Part shown: piece after piece, positions 63,625 through 64,000 of the stretch
Numbering within the stretch: position 1 is the first letter of the stretch
How the letters are laid out: each line of letters starts with the position of its first letter
Virus record (IMG/VR): IMGVR_UViG_3300021963_000033
Length of the DNA: 64,000 nucleotides
Source of the DNA: a virus
Taxonomy: Duplodnaviria > Heunggongvirae > Uroviricota > Caudoviricetes
Strand: one strand, 5' to 3'
The notes under the pieces: generated by a model
Database searches by the model: none
Seen by the model: only the letters and a program-made list of their open reading frames with translations
What the model was told of the DNA's origin: nothing
Program-made: the position numbers and the translations under genes

Positions 63625-64000
63625 TGCATTTTCAACACATCGTCAAAAGAAATCGGTGTGTAGTTAATCTGCTCCACGCATACACACAGGTAACGAGGGT
63701 CGATCTCTCCATCGACCATAATCCGATTACCATGCAGGTGACCGTGGACATTACGCTTGAACCGCTCACCTACACAGTCTGGGTGAAGAGGTATATGAGA
63801 CAGGATGAACTGATCCACAAACACGCGAACGCCATGAATCTGCTCGAATCCTGCCCCATAATAGTCCTTATCCTTGTAAATGTCATGGTTTCCACGGATA
63901 AGGATTTTCCGCCCATTCAGACGCTTCACTGTTTCCAGATGGCGTCGGGCGATTACTACATCCCCAAGATGATACACTGTATCTTGCGGACGAACTGTTT
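63621..64000 (-). CDS. calcineurin-like metallophosphoesterase, 3' part only
   Basis: TVRPQDTVYHLGDV, LIRGNHD, LSHIP, NVHGHLH, CVEQ..YTP. Runs off the window. Confidence 0.88.
   Translation of the reverse strand, partial: TVRPQDTVYHLGDVVIARRHLETVKRLNGRKILIRGNHDIYKDKDYYGAGFEQIHGVRVFVDQFILSHIPLHPDCVGERFKRNVHGHLHGNRIMVDGEIDPRYLCVCVEQINYTPISFDDVLKMH

Noticed and set aside
1-64000. Integrase, transposase, intron/intein or homing endonuclease
   Set aside because: I recognised none. The core genes here (gp32, gp59, phoH, gp6) look uninterrupted and of normal length.

Overview
This window is part of a large T4-superfamily myovirus genome, tightly packed with genes. About 1-40 kb is the virion/tail module: fibre genes, a glycosyltransferase island, two Tyr/Gly/Asn-repeat fibres, a VrlC/DUF4815-like protein, gp8/gp7/gp6/gp25/gp5/hub/gp53/gp48, then gp4, gp2, a tube initiator, gp26 and a tape-measure-like gene. 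About 40-45.7 kb holds gp32, gp59, gp33, a SleB hydrolase, a tmRNA, an exonuclease, PhoH and a pyrimidine-dimer glycosylase. About 45.7-51.6 kb is a carbamoyltransferase/SGNH/tandem radical-SAM/methyltransferase cluster. About 53-60 kb is a late operon of holin-like genes, CsgF, CsgG, curlin-like proteins, FecR and a CHASE2 adenylate cyclase. About 60-63.5 kb is a TET/JBP oxygenase, glycosyltransferase and DUF4338-like operon. The strongest signals missed by the ORF track are: (1) a circularly permuted two-piece tmRNA of alphaproteobacterial type (tag ANDNVAFALAA) with a long structured intervening segment, which points to an alphaproteobacterial host; (2) a T TTT TTC slippery site that could fuse gp26 to a conserved downstream ORF by -1 frameshifting just upstream of the tape-measure gene; (3) mirror-symmetric, sequon-rich repeat fibres beside a late-expressed glycosylation cassette; (4) a 30-aa peptide gene inside the radical-SAM cluster; and (5) a gp5 spike split into two genes. 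All family assignments come from motif recognition by eye. No database searches were run.
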